DNA from: an uncultured Planctomycetota bacterium
Lineage (GTDB): Bacteria > Planctomycetota > Planctomycetia > Pirellulales > Lacipirellulaceae
Reading direction: 5' to 3'
Assembly: GCA_963719315.1 (NCBI GenBank)
Contig: CAVRBU010000004.1
Coordinates: forward strand, 288,001 to 352,000
Length of the DNA stretch: 64,000 nt
The notes under the pieces are model-generated. The model did not search any database. It saw nothing but the letters and a program-made list of their open reading frames with translations, and was not told the origin of the DNA. Position numbers and translations under genes: made by a program. Each line of letters begins with the position of its first letter. Position 1 is the stretch's first letter. Below, piece by piece: positions 38,731-48,726 of this stretch.

Positions 38731-39960
38731 CTATCCGATCATCTTCGCTACTTCGATTGCTCGTTGCCGGTCCTGCTCGGCATAAATGCCGGTGGTGTTT
38801 AGCTGCGAATGTCCAAGCAGCGTTTTCGCCGCCTCGATACCCGCTTCGCGGCGCACGCGCAGTCGCCATCGCGTGCCGCAACTGATTGGGCGACCAGCGG
38901 TGCTCACGCTCCCACTTGGCGACGGCTTCCGGATCGTCGGCAAGATCATCGGGAACCGGAAACGCCTTATCACTGGCGCGACGGACGGCAACCAGATAGC
39001 TTTGCGGGGTGTACCGCTCGCCTACTTGCCGCTTGGTACGGGGAACCTTGGAACCGGGCCGGTTGCCACAACTCAGCGGAGTCTTACGGGCCAGGTGCAA
39101 TTCGGCGCGCCGCTTGGCTTCGCTATCGGCTGGCGAAAAGCAGAACGCCTCACTGTCCCGCAAGAGATAGGGCCGCAAGATTTCCTGCGCCCTGGGGCCG
39201 ATGTAGACGATCCGCTCTTGCTCCCGATTCTGGTTTTTGTGTTGGGTCGGCTGGTACTGCCAAACGTCGGCGGTGCGGTCGATGTCCGCGGGCCGCATGA
39301 TACACAACTCGCCGGGGCGCATGCCCGTCATCTGCTGCAATTCCACCATCGACCGAACTATCGGCGGTAGGTAGGGCAGGGTGGCATCAACGAGCTTCGT
39401 ATCGGCCGGCTTGACCCGCTTGTTCTCTCGGGCCGCCGTATGTCCGCGGCGGAGACCGGGAACCATCGCCAATGCCTGCGGAACGTCGGGCGGGATCATC
39501 CCCTCACTCACGCCCCAACGGAACACGCGGCCGATCCGTTGGACGCTGGCGTTGATATGCTTTCGGGAGTGGCCCAGGGCGAGATACTTTTCCCGAATTG
39601 CTTTCAGGTGAAGGGGGCCGAACTCGCGGGCGGGGAGACGACCGTACAACTCGCGGAGCGGCCGGAGCGCGTGCCGCATGTTGGCACACTCGCCACGGTT
39701 GCCGGGGCCGTAGTACGCCTTGGCGTAATCCAGGTAGGCGACAACCAGTTCGACCACGGAGACGACGTGCTCAGGCACGCCGTAGGATGGACGACCGGCC
39801 CGACGCCAGCCATTCCGTGATCCGGCGGTCGTATTCGATCCGGCTAGCCTTGGTGCCATGAGGACCGAGGTAGTGATCGCGGCCGTTGACCGTGACGACG
39901 GCCTGCCCGGTGGCTTTGTGCTTTGCGATACTTGGGGACGGATTCTATAAGACGCGGCAT
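38731..39960 (-). CDS. Tyrosine recombinase/integrase (frameshifts at about 39922, 39795 and 38865)
   Basis: MPRL...YRKHKATGQAVV...YLGPHG N-terminus, TGMRPGEL, HKN, PNQLRH, LLGH...TGIYAE. Confidence 0.9.
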
Positions 39961-39983
39961 AGTGCGAACCTCCAAAAAATGCC

Positions 39984-40003
39984 AAAACGGTAATTACCGT
40001 TTT
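39984..40003. promoter_or_regulatory. Perfect 20-bp palindrome between att and integrase start
   Basis: AAAACGGTAATTACCGTTTT; related sites at 24553, 27126, 24272 and 6030. Confidence 0.7.
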
Positions 40004-40079
40004 GCGCTTCGAGGAAACGCCGCACTGCCGAACGTCGGCAGGTAACTTAAACTCTTGTTTCGGTGGTACTTACAACCAA

Positions 40080-40152
40080 TGGAGCCGAAGGGACTCGAAC
40101 CCTCGACATCTAGCTTGCAAAGCTAGCGCTCTCCCAACTGAGCTACGGCCCC
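40080..40152 (-). tRNA. tRNA-Ala(TGC)
   Basis: GGGGCCGTAGCTCAGTTGGGAGAGCGCTAGCTT-TGC-AAGCTAGATGTCGAGGGTTCGAGTCCCTTCGGCTCCA; G3:U70. Confidence 0.97.
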
Positions 40153-40159
40153 GCAGGGA

Positions 40160-40224
40160 GCCGTCAGCCGCCAGATTTCGGCCTTCAGCAAAAAACTGAC
40201 GGCTGACGGCTAACGGCTGACGGC
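40160..40224. repeat. Tandem heptamer (CTGACGG) palindrome between the tRNAs
   Basis: GCCGTCAGCCGCCAG ... CTGACGGCTGACGGCTAACGGCTGACGGC. Confidence 0.7.
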
Positions 40225-40232
40225 TTTTTCAG

Positions 40233-40306
40233 TGGGCGCGCCAAGACTCGAACTTGGGACCTCGGCCTTATCAGGGCCGCGCTCTAACCAACTGAGCTAC
40301 GCGCCC
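40233..40306 (-). tRNA. tRNA-Ile(GAT)
   Basis: GGGCGCGTAGCTCAGTTGGTTAGAGCGCGGCCCT-GAT-AAGGCCGAGGTCCCAAGTTCGAGTCTTGGCGCGCCCA. Confidence 0.97.
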
Positions 40307-40618
40307 GGTCCACTGCAAGCAGACTATTCTAGTTTGGACGGGCCGGGTGCGGAAGGTGCCCGAACTTCGCCAGTACGTTGAGCTTCGGATGATCCGGCCG
40401 ACCGTATTGGAACTCGCTGGCAGAGGCCATCGTCGAGCTTCACCCGACTCGACCAAACTGCGACCGGCTGGCATTCGCGAAATCGCCAGGAATCCGTATA
40501 TACTCAACCTGTTCGCAGCCGTTTCCGGAGGCCGCGATAGGCGGCTGGCCGAAATCGCTCGCGCCCGCAGCCAGCATTGCTAATTAATTGACCCGTTTTT
40601 TCTGAGGAGGTTCCACGG

Positions 40619-42574
40619 ATGGATACGCGACGATTGACAAGTGCGGCGATTATCTTGTTGGCGATGGCAGTCGCGGGCGCGGTTCGCAGCACCTCCGCGG
40701 CCGACGCGCCGACACCGGCGGACGCACTCAAGTTGACGCCGATCCAACAATTCGTCGAATACACGACCCCTTCCGCGGACGAAATCGCGCAGTGCACGAT
40801 CCGCCCGGAAAAGGAAAACAACGTCACGTCATGGGTGGTGCGCAATCGGCAAGGCGAAATTCTGCGCCGCTTCGCGGACACCAACAACGACAACTACGTG
40901 GACCAATGGTGTTACTTTCTGGGCGGCCTCGAGGTGTACCGCGATATCGACTCGAATTTCAACAACAAAGCGGATCAATATCGCTGGTTCAATACGGCCG
41001 GCACGCGGTGGGGAATCGACAAGAACGAGGACGGACACATTGATTCGTGGAAGGTGATATCGCCGCACGAAGTTGCGGAGCAAATCGTATTTGCCCTGAA
41101 GTCCCACGACCCGGCCCGATTCCAACTGCTGCTGCTGACGCCGGAGGAACTCGGCTCGCTCGGCTTTGGTCAAGAACGGGCGGCCAGCCTTGCAGCCAGC
41201 GTGAAGGCGGCGCCTGCCGCGTTTTCGAAAACGATGGCGGAGCAAAAGATCATAACGTCGCAGAGCCGTTACATCGACTTTGGCAGCGCACGCCCCGGTA
41301 CGATTCCTATTGGCACGGGGGGCTCGACGAAGGATGTGACCGTCTGCGACAACTCGGCCGCCCTCGTGCAAACCGACGATAAACACGAGCAGATTTTCTT
41401 GGGCACGCTCGTGGCGGTCGGCGACGCCTGGAAATTAATTGATGCGCCGGCCGTCGGTTCCGACAACCAGCCCCAAGTAAGCGGCCTCACCCAAAACTCT
41501 CAATTGCCGGGTGGGGCCGGCGGCGACAACGGCCCGTCCAACGAAATTCAGCAGCAAATGGCCGAGTTGGAGAAACTCGATAAAGAATCCGACACGCTGC
41601 CGCCGGATCAAGTTGCCGCCAATATCGACAAGCGCGTCGCCGCGTTACAAAAACTTACCGAAATCTCGTCCGCAAAGGACCGCGACCAATGGCAGCGTCA
41701 ACGCATCGATGTGCTGAGCGTGGCCGTCCAATCGGGCAATTACCCACAGGGGATCGACGCGCTGGATAAACTTCAAAAAAGCCTCGCCGACGCCGGCGCG
41801 GACTCCGACTTGATCGCCCATGCCGTTTTCCAACGCATGTGGGCGCAATACGCGCTCAGCCAGCAAGCCCCCGGGGCCGATGCGGCCAAGCTGCAGGACA
41901 AGTGGCTCGCCGATTTGCAGGCGTTCGTCGGCCAATACCCGAAGAGCGCCGACGCCGCGGAAGCGCTTTATCAGTTGGGAATGTATCAAGAGATCGTCGG
42001 CAAAAGTGATGAGGCCATGAAACTTTACCAACAACTCAAAGACGGGTTCCCCACCACCCGTCCGGCAGAGAAAGCGACCGGCGCTCTGCGCCGACTCGGC
42101 TCGTTGGGCCGGCCGATGGTGCTCCGAGGAATCGACTTCCAGGGCGGTCCCGTCGATCTAGCGTCGCCGCAATATCGCGGCAAGGTCGTGCTCATTCAGT
42201 ATTGGGCCACCATGGGCGAACGCTGGAAGGACGACATGGTCCTCCTCAAAGACGTTTATGCCAAGCGCGGCGGTCGCGACTTCGATATCATCGGCGTGTG
42301 CCTCGACGACGAACCGGCCGCGGCCAAACAATACGTGGCGCAGAACAAATTCCCCTGGAAGCAGATTTACGAAAAGGGCGGACTCGATGGCCGACTCGCC
42401 AACGAAATGGGCGTGATCACGCTGCCGCTAATGATTCTCGTGGACCAGAGAGGTAATGTCGCCAATCAGAACGTACACGTTGCCGAATTGGAAACCGAAC
42501 TCGCGAAGCTGATTAAACCCGCAGCGGGCACTGCGAACGCGAACGCACTGCGCACGCCGCCGACGCCGCGCTGA
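40619..42574 (+). CDS. Exported TPR + TlpA/redoxin-fold protein
   Basis: Signal peptide, DxNxD repeats, TPR-like helices, YRGKVVLIQYWATM...GVCLD...LP. The canonical CxxC is absent. Confidence 0.8.
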   Translation: MDTRRLTSAAIILLAMAVAGAVRSTSAADAPTPADALKLTPIQQFVEYTTPSADEIAQCTIRPEKENNVTSWVVRNRQGEILRRFADTNNDNYVDQWCYFLGGLEVYRDIDSNFNNKADQYRWFNTAGTRWGIDKNEDGHIDSWKVISPHEVAEQIVFALKSHDPARFQLLLLTPEELGSLGFGQERAASLAASVKAAPAAFSKTMAEQKIITSQSRYIDFGSARPGTIPIGTGGSTKDVTVCDNSAALVQTDDKHEQIFLGTLVAVGDAWKLIDAPAVGSDNQPQVSGLTQNSQLPGGAGGDNGPSNEIQQQMAELEKLDKESDTLPPDQVAANIDKRVAALQKLTEISSAKDRDQWQRQRIDVLSVAVQSGNYPQGIDALDKLQKSLADAGADSDLIAHAVFQRMWAQYALSQQAPGADAAKLQDKWLADLQAFVGQYPKSADAAEALYQLGMYQEIVGKSDEAMKLYQQLKDGFPTTRPAEKATGALRRLGSLGRPMVLRGIDFQGGPVDLASPQYRGKVVLIQYWATMGERWKDDMVLLKDVYAKRGGRDFDIIGVCLDDEPAAAKQYVAQNKFPWKQIYEKGGLDGRLANEMGVITLPLMILVDQRGNVANQNVHVAELETELAKLIKPAAGTANANALRTPPTPR

Positions 42575-42658
42575 TCAGCGCAGCGATTGGTTGTCGCTGC
42601 CTTTAGCAGTACACCAAGGTCACGGCACGATAAACTGGCCGAGCGACTTGCACCCGAA

Positions 42659-42855
42659 CTACCAATCCCAGTGGCGATTCCGCCGGCTGCCGATGCCGCA
42701 ACCCGGATGCGCCGCCTTAGGCGATTTGCGGCGCTTCGGCGCACAGACCGCTGCTGCCGATACTGCTTGCCACTGACGCGTTTCTGGACCTCGTCGGAGT
42801 CCGCGTCGAAAAGATTCTCCGCGTCATAGCGGAATTCATGATCGCGATATTCCAT
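42659..42855 (-). CDS. Small basic hypothetical protein (frameshifted)
   Basis: GGAG RBS; MEYRDHEF...; other frame ends HPGCGIGSRRNRHWDW. Confidence 0.45.
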
Positions 42856-43042
42856 CACGTTACTCCTGCCCATGGTCGAATTCATCAGCCACCTTTTGTC
42901 CGTCGAAAGAGGGACCGATCAAATCCCGATCCGCTGCCGGGCCTGACCCGGTAGGCGTCTCAAATTGATTTTCTAACTCGATTCGTTGATCGGGAAAATA
43001 TCAATCTGCAACTCGCGCGCCGCTGCTGGCACGGGGTCCGCC

Positions 43043-43168
43043 GGGTGGTGTCCCAATTTGGCACTGTTCGGACCGGAATTTTGTAGCACGGACTTCAGTC
43101 CATGGTTTTCGTACGGACTGAAGTCCGTGCTACAAGCTTGTTGTGCCGCAAATTAGGACGCACCACCC
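43043..43168. repeat. MITE-like element containing a GTAG-type REP doublet
   Basis: Outer IR GGGTGGTGTCCCAATTT / AAATTAGGACGCACCACCC flanked by GCC on both sides. Inner perfect 21-bp IR TTGTAGCACGGACTTCAGTCC at 43081-43101 and 43115-43135. Confidence 0.75.
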
Positions 43169-44038
43169 GCCGATGCAGTTTGGAATAGAACCAACACGGG
43201 AGGCGTTAAGGAAAAAAATTGTCGCGCGAAAAAATTCGCGAGTCGAAAGCAATACCAGCGGCCACCCCGTTGCACAAAAACAGGGAGGAGGTCCTCACCA
43301 AAACAGTGAGACCTAGTCGCCGATAAACCATCGGCTTCGGCTCAAATTGAGACGGTCGGCGCTGCGCCCTGCCTAGGTCGATACGGGAAATATTCCCGAA
43401 ATCTTTCGACGAAAGAGTTTGTGCGGAGAGAGCGCAGCACCGCGACTGACTGATATTTCAGCCGTTTCAATGAGAGTAGTTCAACAGTAGCTGTTCCGAG
43501 GAAAAGAGGCCGCCGGCTATCCGCCGGTTGACCGGATGGAGATTGTGTCTTCTCAAAGTCTAAGTCATTCAGTTCCTGAACTTGAGGTTCGGCAGTCCAA
43601 ATTGGCAATTTGCGTGCCAGGGCTCTCGCAGCCCAATTCGCGACCACCCGTGGGGGTAGGCTTTCCCGAAAGCGAGCGATTGGACCCATCCACCGCTCCG
43701 CCTCCCAGGTGCAACGATGACCTTCCCTAAATTCTGCCCAGTTCAGCCTGCCGAGATACTCAGCGCAATGTGTAAAAGTTGCAAATTCGGCACGTTTTGA
43801 CAATCGAGCCACCCCGGGCGCCTCCAAAAATCGCGTCCTCGAGACTTATGTAAGTTGTTCGTTACCAACCGCTTCGGCTCTCACACTGCTATTCTGTCTG
43901 GCTCCACGAAGCGTTATGGTACGGCACTCGCTTACCCGCCTACGACCCGACCCCGCCTAGGCTCTGAATCGGCTCAATGATTGAGGCCGATCCCCCCCGC
44001 CCGCTGGCACGGGAAATGGATTTCCCGGAGGAACCCGC

Positions 44039-44329
44039 ATGGATGCTGGATACGCTTGGATTGTGTTCGCTTGGATCGCGCTTCATTTGGCTGCACTCGC
44101 GGCCGCTTATGGGACCCGCGTGGCCGCCGGATCGCGGCTGGAAAACTTGGCCCAACTCATGTGCCTCGCGGCCATGTTGCTCGTTGGCGGCGCCATCTGG
44201 ATTTGCCAGCAATCCCAGGCCGGCTCTTGGGGCTTATCCGCCGTCACGTTGATGGCCATGGTACTGACAGCAGTCGTCGATTTCCGCAAATTCCACGACA
44301 CACCGCATCCAACGAGCGAAGCCGTCTAG
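44039..44329 (+). CDS. Small three-TM membrane protein
   Basis: GGAGG RBS, three hydrophobic segments; the stop codon is the IS630 target. Confidence 0.65.
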   Translation: MDAGYAWIVFAWIALHLAALAAAYGTRVAAGSRLENLAQLMCLAAMLLVGGAIWICQQSQAGSWGLSAVTLMAMVLTAVVDFRKFHDTPHPTSEAV

Positions 44330-45563
44330 TGGTCTGTCGTTGTTCAGTAGTTAGGGGATAGCATAACGTCTTCAGGTTTTTCACAGGAGGCGAGAAAATG
44401 AACTACAACACGAAGTATGTGGTGCGGTTGACTGGGGAAGAGCGAGAGGAATTGGCGGCGGTGGTGGGACGAGGCAAGGTGGCGGCGGGCAAGCGTCGCC
44501 GAGCCCAGGTGCTGCTCAAGGCGGACGCCGGCGTCACGGGGTCGGGTCGGACCGACCAGGAGATTTGCGAAGCGTTGGACGTCAGCGTGGGATTGGTGCA
44601 TGACGTGCGACAGGCGTACGTCGAGCAGGGCCTGAACGTTGCCTTGGAATGGAAGCCTAAGAGCCGGCATCGCCCTCGAAAGTTGGACGGCCAACAGGAG
44701 GCCCGCTTGATCGCCGTGGCCTGCGGACCGGCTCCGGAAGGACGCGCCCGCTGGACCTTGCGACTGCTGGCCGACAAGTTGGTCGAACTGGAGATCGTCG
44801 AGTCGATCAGCAAGGACGCCGTGCGCAGCGCACTGAAAAAAACGAGCTTAAGCCCTGGTTGAAAGAGCAGTGGGTTCTGCCTAAGCCGCATGACGCGGAC
44901 TATGTTGCCGCGATGGAAGACGTTCTGGAGGTCTATCAGCGTCCCTACGACGAGCAACGGCCAGTCGTGTGCGTCGACGAAGCCACCAAGCAATTGGTGG
45001 CCGACGTCACGCCGCCGCTGCCGATGGAGCCGGGGCAGCCGGCGCGACAGGATTACGAATACGAACGGCGGGGAACAGCGAATCTGTTCATGGTCTGCGA
45101 ACCTTTGGCGGGCCGCCGCCGGGTGAAGGTCACCGAACGTCGCGCGAAGGCGGATTTCGCCGACCTGCTGCGCAACATCGCCGACGAGCAGTACCCGACG
45201 GCGGAGAAGATCGTGCTGGTCATGGACAACCTGAATACGCACAAGCTGTCCGTGCTGTACGCGATCTTCCCGCCTGACGAGGCGCGACGGTTGTGGGAGC
45301 GGTTTGAAGTGCATCACACCCCCAAGCACGCCAGTTGGCTGAACATGGCGGAATGTGAATTGTCCGTGCTGGGAAGGCAGTGCCTGGACCAACGGATCGA
45401 TTCCCGAGCCCGCCTGGAGAGCGAAGTTCACGCATGGGAACAACCCCCCCGCAACCAACAACCAGTCCGCGTCGACTGGCAATTCACCGCCGCCGATGCC
45501 AGGATCAAGATTAAACGACTTTATCCCGTACTAGCACCCGTCAACTAAATCGAGACAGACCAC
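44329..45563 (+). mobile_element. IS630-family insertion sequence
   Basis: Ends (CTA)GTGGTCTGTC / GACAGACCAC(TAG); TA duplication at 44327-44328 and 45564-45565. Confidence 0.92.
44398..45548 (+). CDS. IS630 transposase, orfA/orfB joined by -1 frameshift at A7C (44836-44843)
   Basis: HTH region RWTLRLLA; LKK-NELKPW junction; DDE motifs VCVDE, VMDNLNTH, SWLNMAECE. Confidence 0.92.
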
Positions 45564-45955
45564 TAGGACTGTTAACTCCCGTGGTTGCAATGCCCTTCGC
45601 CGCTCTGGGCGTAGACATGACGTTGAGGTCCGATGGGCGTAGTGCACTGGAACATGGATGCTCGCTCGACATAGGTCCGTGGGAGCATGCCACTCGTCGT
45701 GCGGAACACCTCGGAGCCTTGCTATCGCTCACCCCGATTGCCCGCAAAGTTTCCCCAGACTTCTGGCGCACCCCCGGCCGACCTGCAAAATCGGAAAAAA
45801 ACTCCCTTTCCGTACGACCGTTAGCCGAAAGAACCAATCGGGCAAACTCGCTCGGCGCGTAGAACACAGTGTATCCACGCCGCCCGGTAATGCTCTTTGC
45901 TTGCTCGCTACGGACCGTGACGCGCGAGTTAAGTTCTTGTCCTAGGGGGAAAACA

Positions 45956-46892
45956 ATGCGTAGATTCGTATATTTTGCCGTGCTGGCGGCCACGCTCGTG
46001 CCAGCAGTCACTGCCTCGGCTGAAACAGCCAGCGAAAAGCACGTGGCCCAACAGATCGGAGTCCATCTCAAGCAAAGCGGCCAGTTACACAACTACCGCA
46101 TTGGCGTGAAGTATCACGAAGGCGTCGCATATCTGGCCGGCAGTGTTGCCAACCAGGAGCAGCGCGAGATCGCGGTGCATTTGGCGCAGCAGATGGAAGG
46201 CGTTTCGCACGTCGTCTGCAAGCTCGAATGCGCCGGCGAAAGCGAGCCCGCGCCCAGCAACTTCAAATCGAATGCCGAAGGCGATCGTCCGCAATTAAGC
46301 CAAGAGCTGAACCGCGACTTCCTATGAAGGTGCTCAGAACGATGCCACTGGTGTAATGCAAGCTTACCAGCAGGCAGGAGAAGCGCAAGTCGCTCCGATC
46401 CAACGAAATTCGATGGCCCCGCGCCAAATTGCCCGCCCGTTCGCCCCGCAATCGCGGCGCAGCAACATGCCGGTACCCGCCGGCCGGATGCCCGGCATCA
46501 TGCCAATTGGCCAAAACTGTCCTTCAGGCGTATGCCAAGCCAGTTGCCCCACTTGCAACGGTGGCGGTATGGGTATGGGACCTGCGATGGGCGGCCCAGG
46601 CATGGGCGGAATGGGTGGCGGGCCGGCCCCGGCCGGCTTCGTGCCGAGTGGTTCCGGCCGCGGTCCCAGCTACGACAATCCACAGATGCCCGGTTACGCT
46701 TGGCCCAGCTATGCTTCGTACCCGAACTATGCTGCCTTGTCATATCCGCAGCAGTATTCGCCAACCGCCTGGCCGTACATCGGCCCGTTCTATCCTTATC
46801 CGCAAGTGCCGCTGGCATGGCGGAAGGTTTCGCTGGAATGGGATGACGGTTGGTGGTTCCTCGACTTCAGTGCTCATAATTCGAGCCACTAA
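45956..46892 (+). CDS. BON domain protein with Gly/Pro-rich C-terminus (frameshift at about 46320)
   Basis: Signal peptide, BON pattern GVAYLAGSV...GVSHVVCKL, tail YAWPSYASYPNYAA...LEWDDGWWFLDF. Confidence 0.75.
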
Positions 46893-46940
46893 AGTTGCGT
46901 AGCAGACGGACGGTGCATACCTCGAACGACAGAAGAAACA

Positions 46941-46976
46941 AACCCTCGTCGCGAACAAATCGCGGCGAGGGTTTTT
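46941..46976 (+). terminator. Intrinsic terminator
   Basis: AACCCTCGTCGCGA-ACAAA-TCGCGGCGAGGGTT followed by a T run. Confidence 0.7.
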
Positions 46977-47188
46977 CGCGCGCGGTGCTGGCGCTAGCAC
47001 GCCCGACTGACCGTTTTTCCGCCGCAATCGGAAAAACCCGCAAGTTTTCTCCAGTCTAACACGATAACTACGGCTAGCGGTCGTTAGGTACGTTACGTAC
47101 CGCCGCCGCTCGCGCCTCAGCACCACGGACAGTGGCTGTGGCCGCGATCGAGAAAACAAACACTCGCTTGTTGGAAAAGGGACTCGCG

Positions 47189-47767
47189 ATGGCAAGGATG
47201 AAGACCACCGCATTCGGCATCTTACTGGTGACGTGGTCCCTGACCACCACCGGCTGCTTCTGGGGATTCACGACGGGCGGTCCGAGCCTGGGGATCCTGT
47301 CCGTCCCCATTCCAATCAGTCCGTACTTCCAGAACAAGAAAGAAGATCAGTACTGGGAACATGAGCGGTACGATCGCGTGCCGATATTGGGACCGATCAC
47401 ATCCGGCGGACCACCGGTCGCGCTCGATCCGCCGAGCGACGACGAGGTGATGCGAGCCCTCGAAAAAGTGCATCCCGTCCAGAGCGGAATCCCCCTGCTG
47501 TGGGAACGCAACCGCAATCACGTCCACATCGTAAAGTGCAAGATCGCCGATTACGTCGATCCGCCACGGGTGTATCCGCTCATCGGTCCCGCCCAACAGC
47601 ATCACGCTCACTACAAGTGCACCGTTTATTACGAAGACGTCCGCCGTATCGGCTGGCCCGTACCGCACACGCTTCGCGATTTCGAGGCAGAGGAAGTCCT
47701 CTACATCGACCACAACCACTTGCACATGGTCGGCGACGTGGACACCGGTTGCAACGCCAAGTTCTAG
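47189..47767 (+). CDS. Conserved planctomycete lipoprotein
   Basis: Lipobox TTGC; IPISPYFQ, DPPSDDEVMRALE, YIDHNHLHM. Confidence 0.75.
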   Translation: MARMKTTAFGILLVTWSLTTTGCFWGFTTGGPSLGILSVPIPISPYFQNKKEDQYWEHERYDRVPILGPITSGGPPVALDPPSDDEVMRALEKVHPVQSGIPLLWERNRNHVHIVKCKIADYVDPPRVYPLIGPAQQHHAHYKCTVYYEDVRRIGWPVPHTLRDFEAEEVLYIDHNHLHMVGDVDTGCNAKF

Positions 47768-47794
47768 GTCTTAAGCTAACTCGCACGCGGAATA

Positions 47795-47881
47795 GGACAA
47801 GGAGACAAGGAGACGGGGAGACAAGGAGATGCACTTGGGTGCTTTTTCTCCTCGTCTCCTTGCCTCCCGGTCTCCTTGTCT
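47795..47881. repeat. Palindrome of tandem GACAAGGA octamers
   Basis: GGACAAGGAGACAAGGAGACGGGGAGACAAGGAGA ... TCTCCTCGTCTCCTTGCCTCCCGGTCTCCTTGTCT; similar element at 61324-61390. Confidence 0.8.
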
Positions 47882-47905
47882 TGCTAACCGAAAGATAGGG
47901 GTTTC

Positions 47906-48628
47906 ATGGCGAGTATGTTATCAATGCTGGCCGCTGCAAACCCGCCAATCCCCACGCGCAGCCTGTTTGAAATGCTGCTCGCTGGTGGGCCTCTCATGTT
48001 TCCGATCCTGCTCGCGTCGTTCGTGATGCTGCTGATCGTGTTCGAGCGGATGATCAGCCTGCGGCGGCGGCGGGTGATTCCGCGGCTATTCATCGAACGG
48101 TTCCTGTTGCAACTCCGCGAAGGCGCCCTGGACCGCAGCGATGCACTGGAGCGTTGTGAGGACGAATCGAGCCATATTGCCCGCGTGTTTGCCGCAGGTA
48201 TACGAAAGTGGGGCAAGTCGGCCGTCGAAGTGGAGCAGGCAGTGCTCGACGAAGGCGAGCGAATCGCAAACGTTCTGCGGCGTTACTTGCGGGTCCTCAA
48301 TGGCGTTTCGACCGTCTCGCCACTTTTGGGTTTGTTGGGCACCGTCTGGGGAATGATCCAGGCGTTCAACGTCATCGCCAACAGCCCGGCTATGGGCCGC
48401 GCCGAATTGCTGGCCGGCGGAATCAGCGTTGCCCTCCTCACCACGGCCGCCGGCCTCCTCGTCGCCATTCCCGCACTCATTCTCTACCTGTTTTTTGTGG
48501 GTCGCGTGGACAGCCTCATCATGGAAATCGATCGCTACGGCCAGGAGCTCGTGGATTTGGTCTCCAACGAAGGCCTCGAAGATCGCAAAAGCACACGCCT
48601 CTCAATCGCAAGACGCAAAGCCGCGTGA
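47906..48628 (+). CDS. exbB: MotA/TolQ/ExbB proton channel protein
   Basis: GGPLMFPI, SPLLGLLGTVWGMIQAF, GISVALLTTAAGLLVAIP. Confidence 0.9.
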   Translation: MASMLSMLAAANPPIPTRSLFEMLLAGGPLMFPILLASFVMLLIVFERMISLRRRRVIPRLFIERFLLQLREGALDRSDALERCEDESSHIARVFAAGIRKWGKSAVEVEQAVLDEGERIANVLRRYLRVLNGVSTVSPLLGLLGTVWGMIQAFNVIANSPAMGRAELLAGGISVALLTTAAGLLVAIPALILYLFFVGRVDSLIMEIDRYGQELVDLVSNEGLEDRKSTRLSIARRKAA

Positions 48629-48636
48629 AATGGTTG

Positions 48637-48718
48637 AGGGTCGAGAGTCGAGGGTCTAGGGCCAGAGCAATACCCTCGACCCTCGACCTTCGACCTTCGA
48701 CCTTCGACCCTCGACCCT
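48637..48718. repeat. Palindrome of tandem TCGACCY heptamers
   Basis: AGGGTCGAGAGTCGAGGGTCTAGGG ... CCCTCGACCCTCGACCTTCGACCTTCGACCTTCGACCCTCGACCCT; partial copy at about 62555-62584. Confidence 0.8.
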
Positions 48719-48726
48719 TACTCACC

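Larger units (their letters stand above)
24409..40079. mobile_element. Island B: integrated phage-satellite-like element
   Basis: Direct att repeats; integrase next to the tRNA; xis-like, rep/ori, HNH, TerS and Ogr-like genes; lower-GC cargo genes on the opposite strand. Confidence 0.88.

Noticed and set aside
43342..43827. 161-aa minus-strand ORF in the long intergenic region
   Set aside because: Atypical composition, no motifs and no convincing start.
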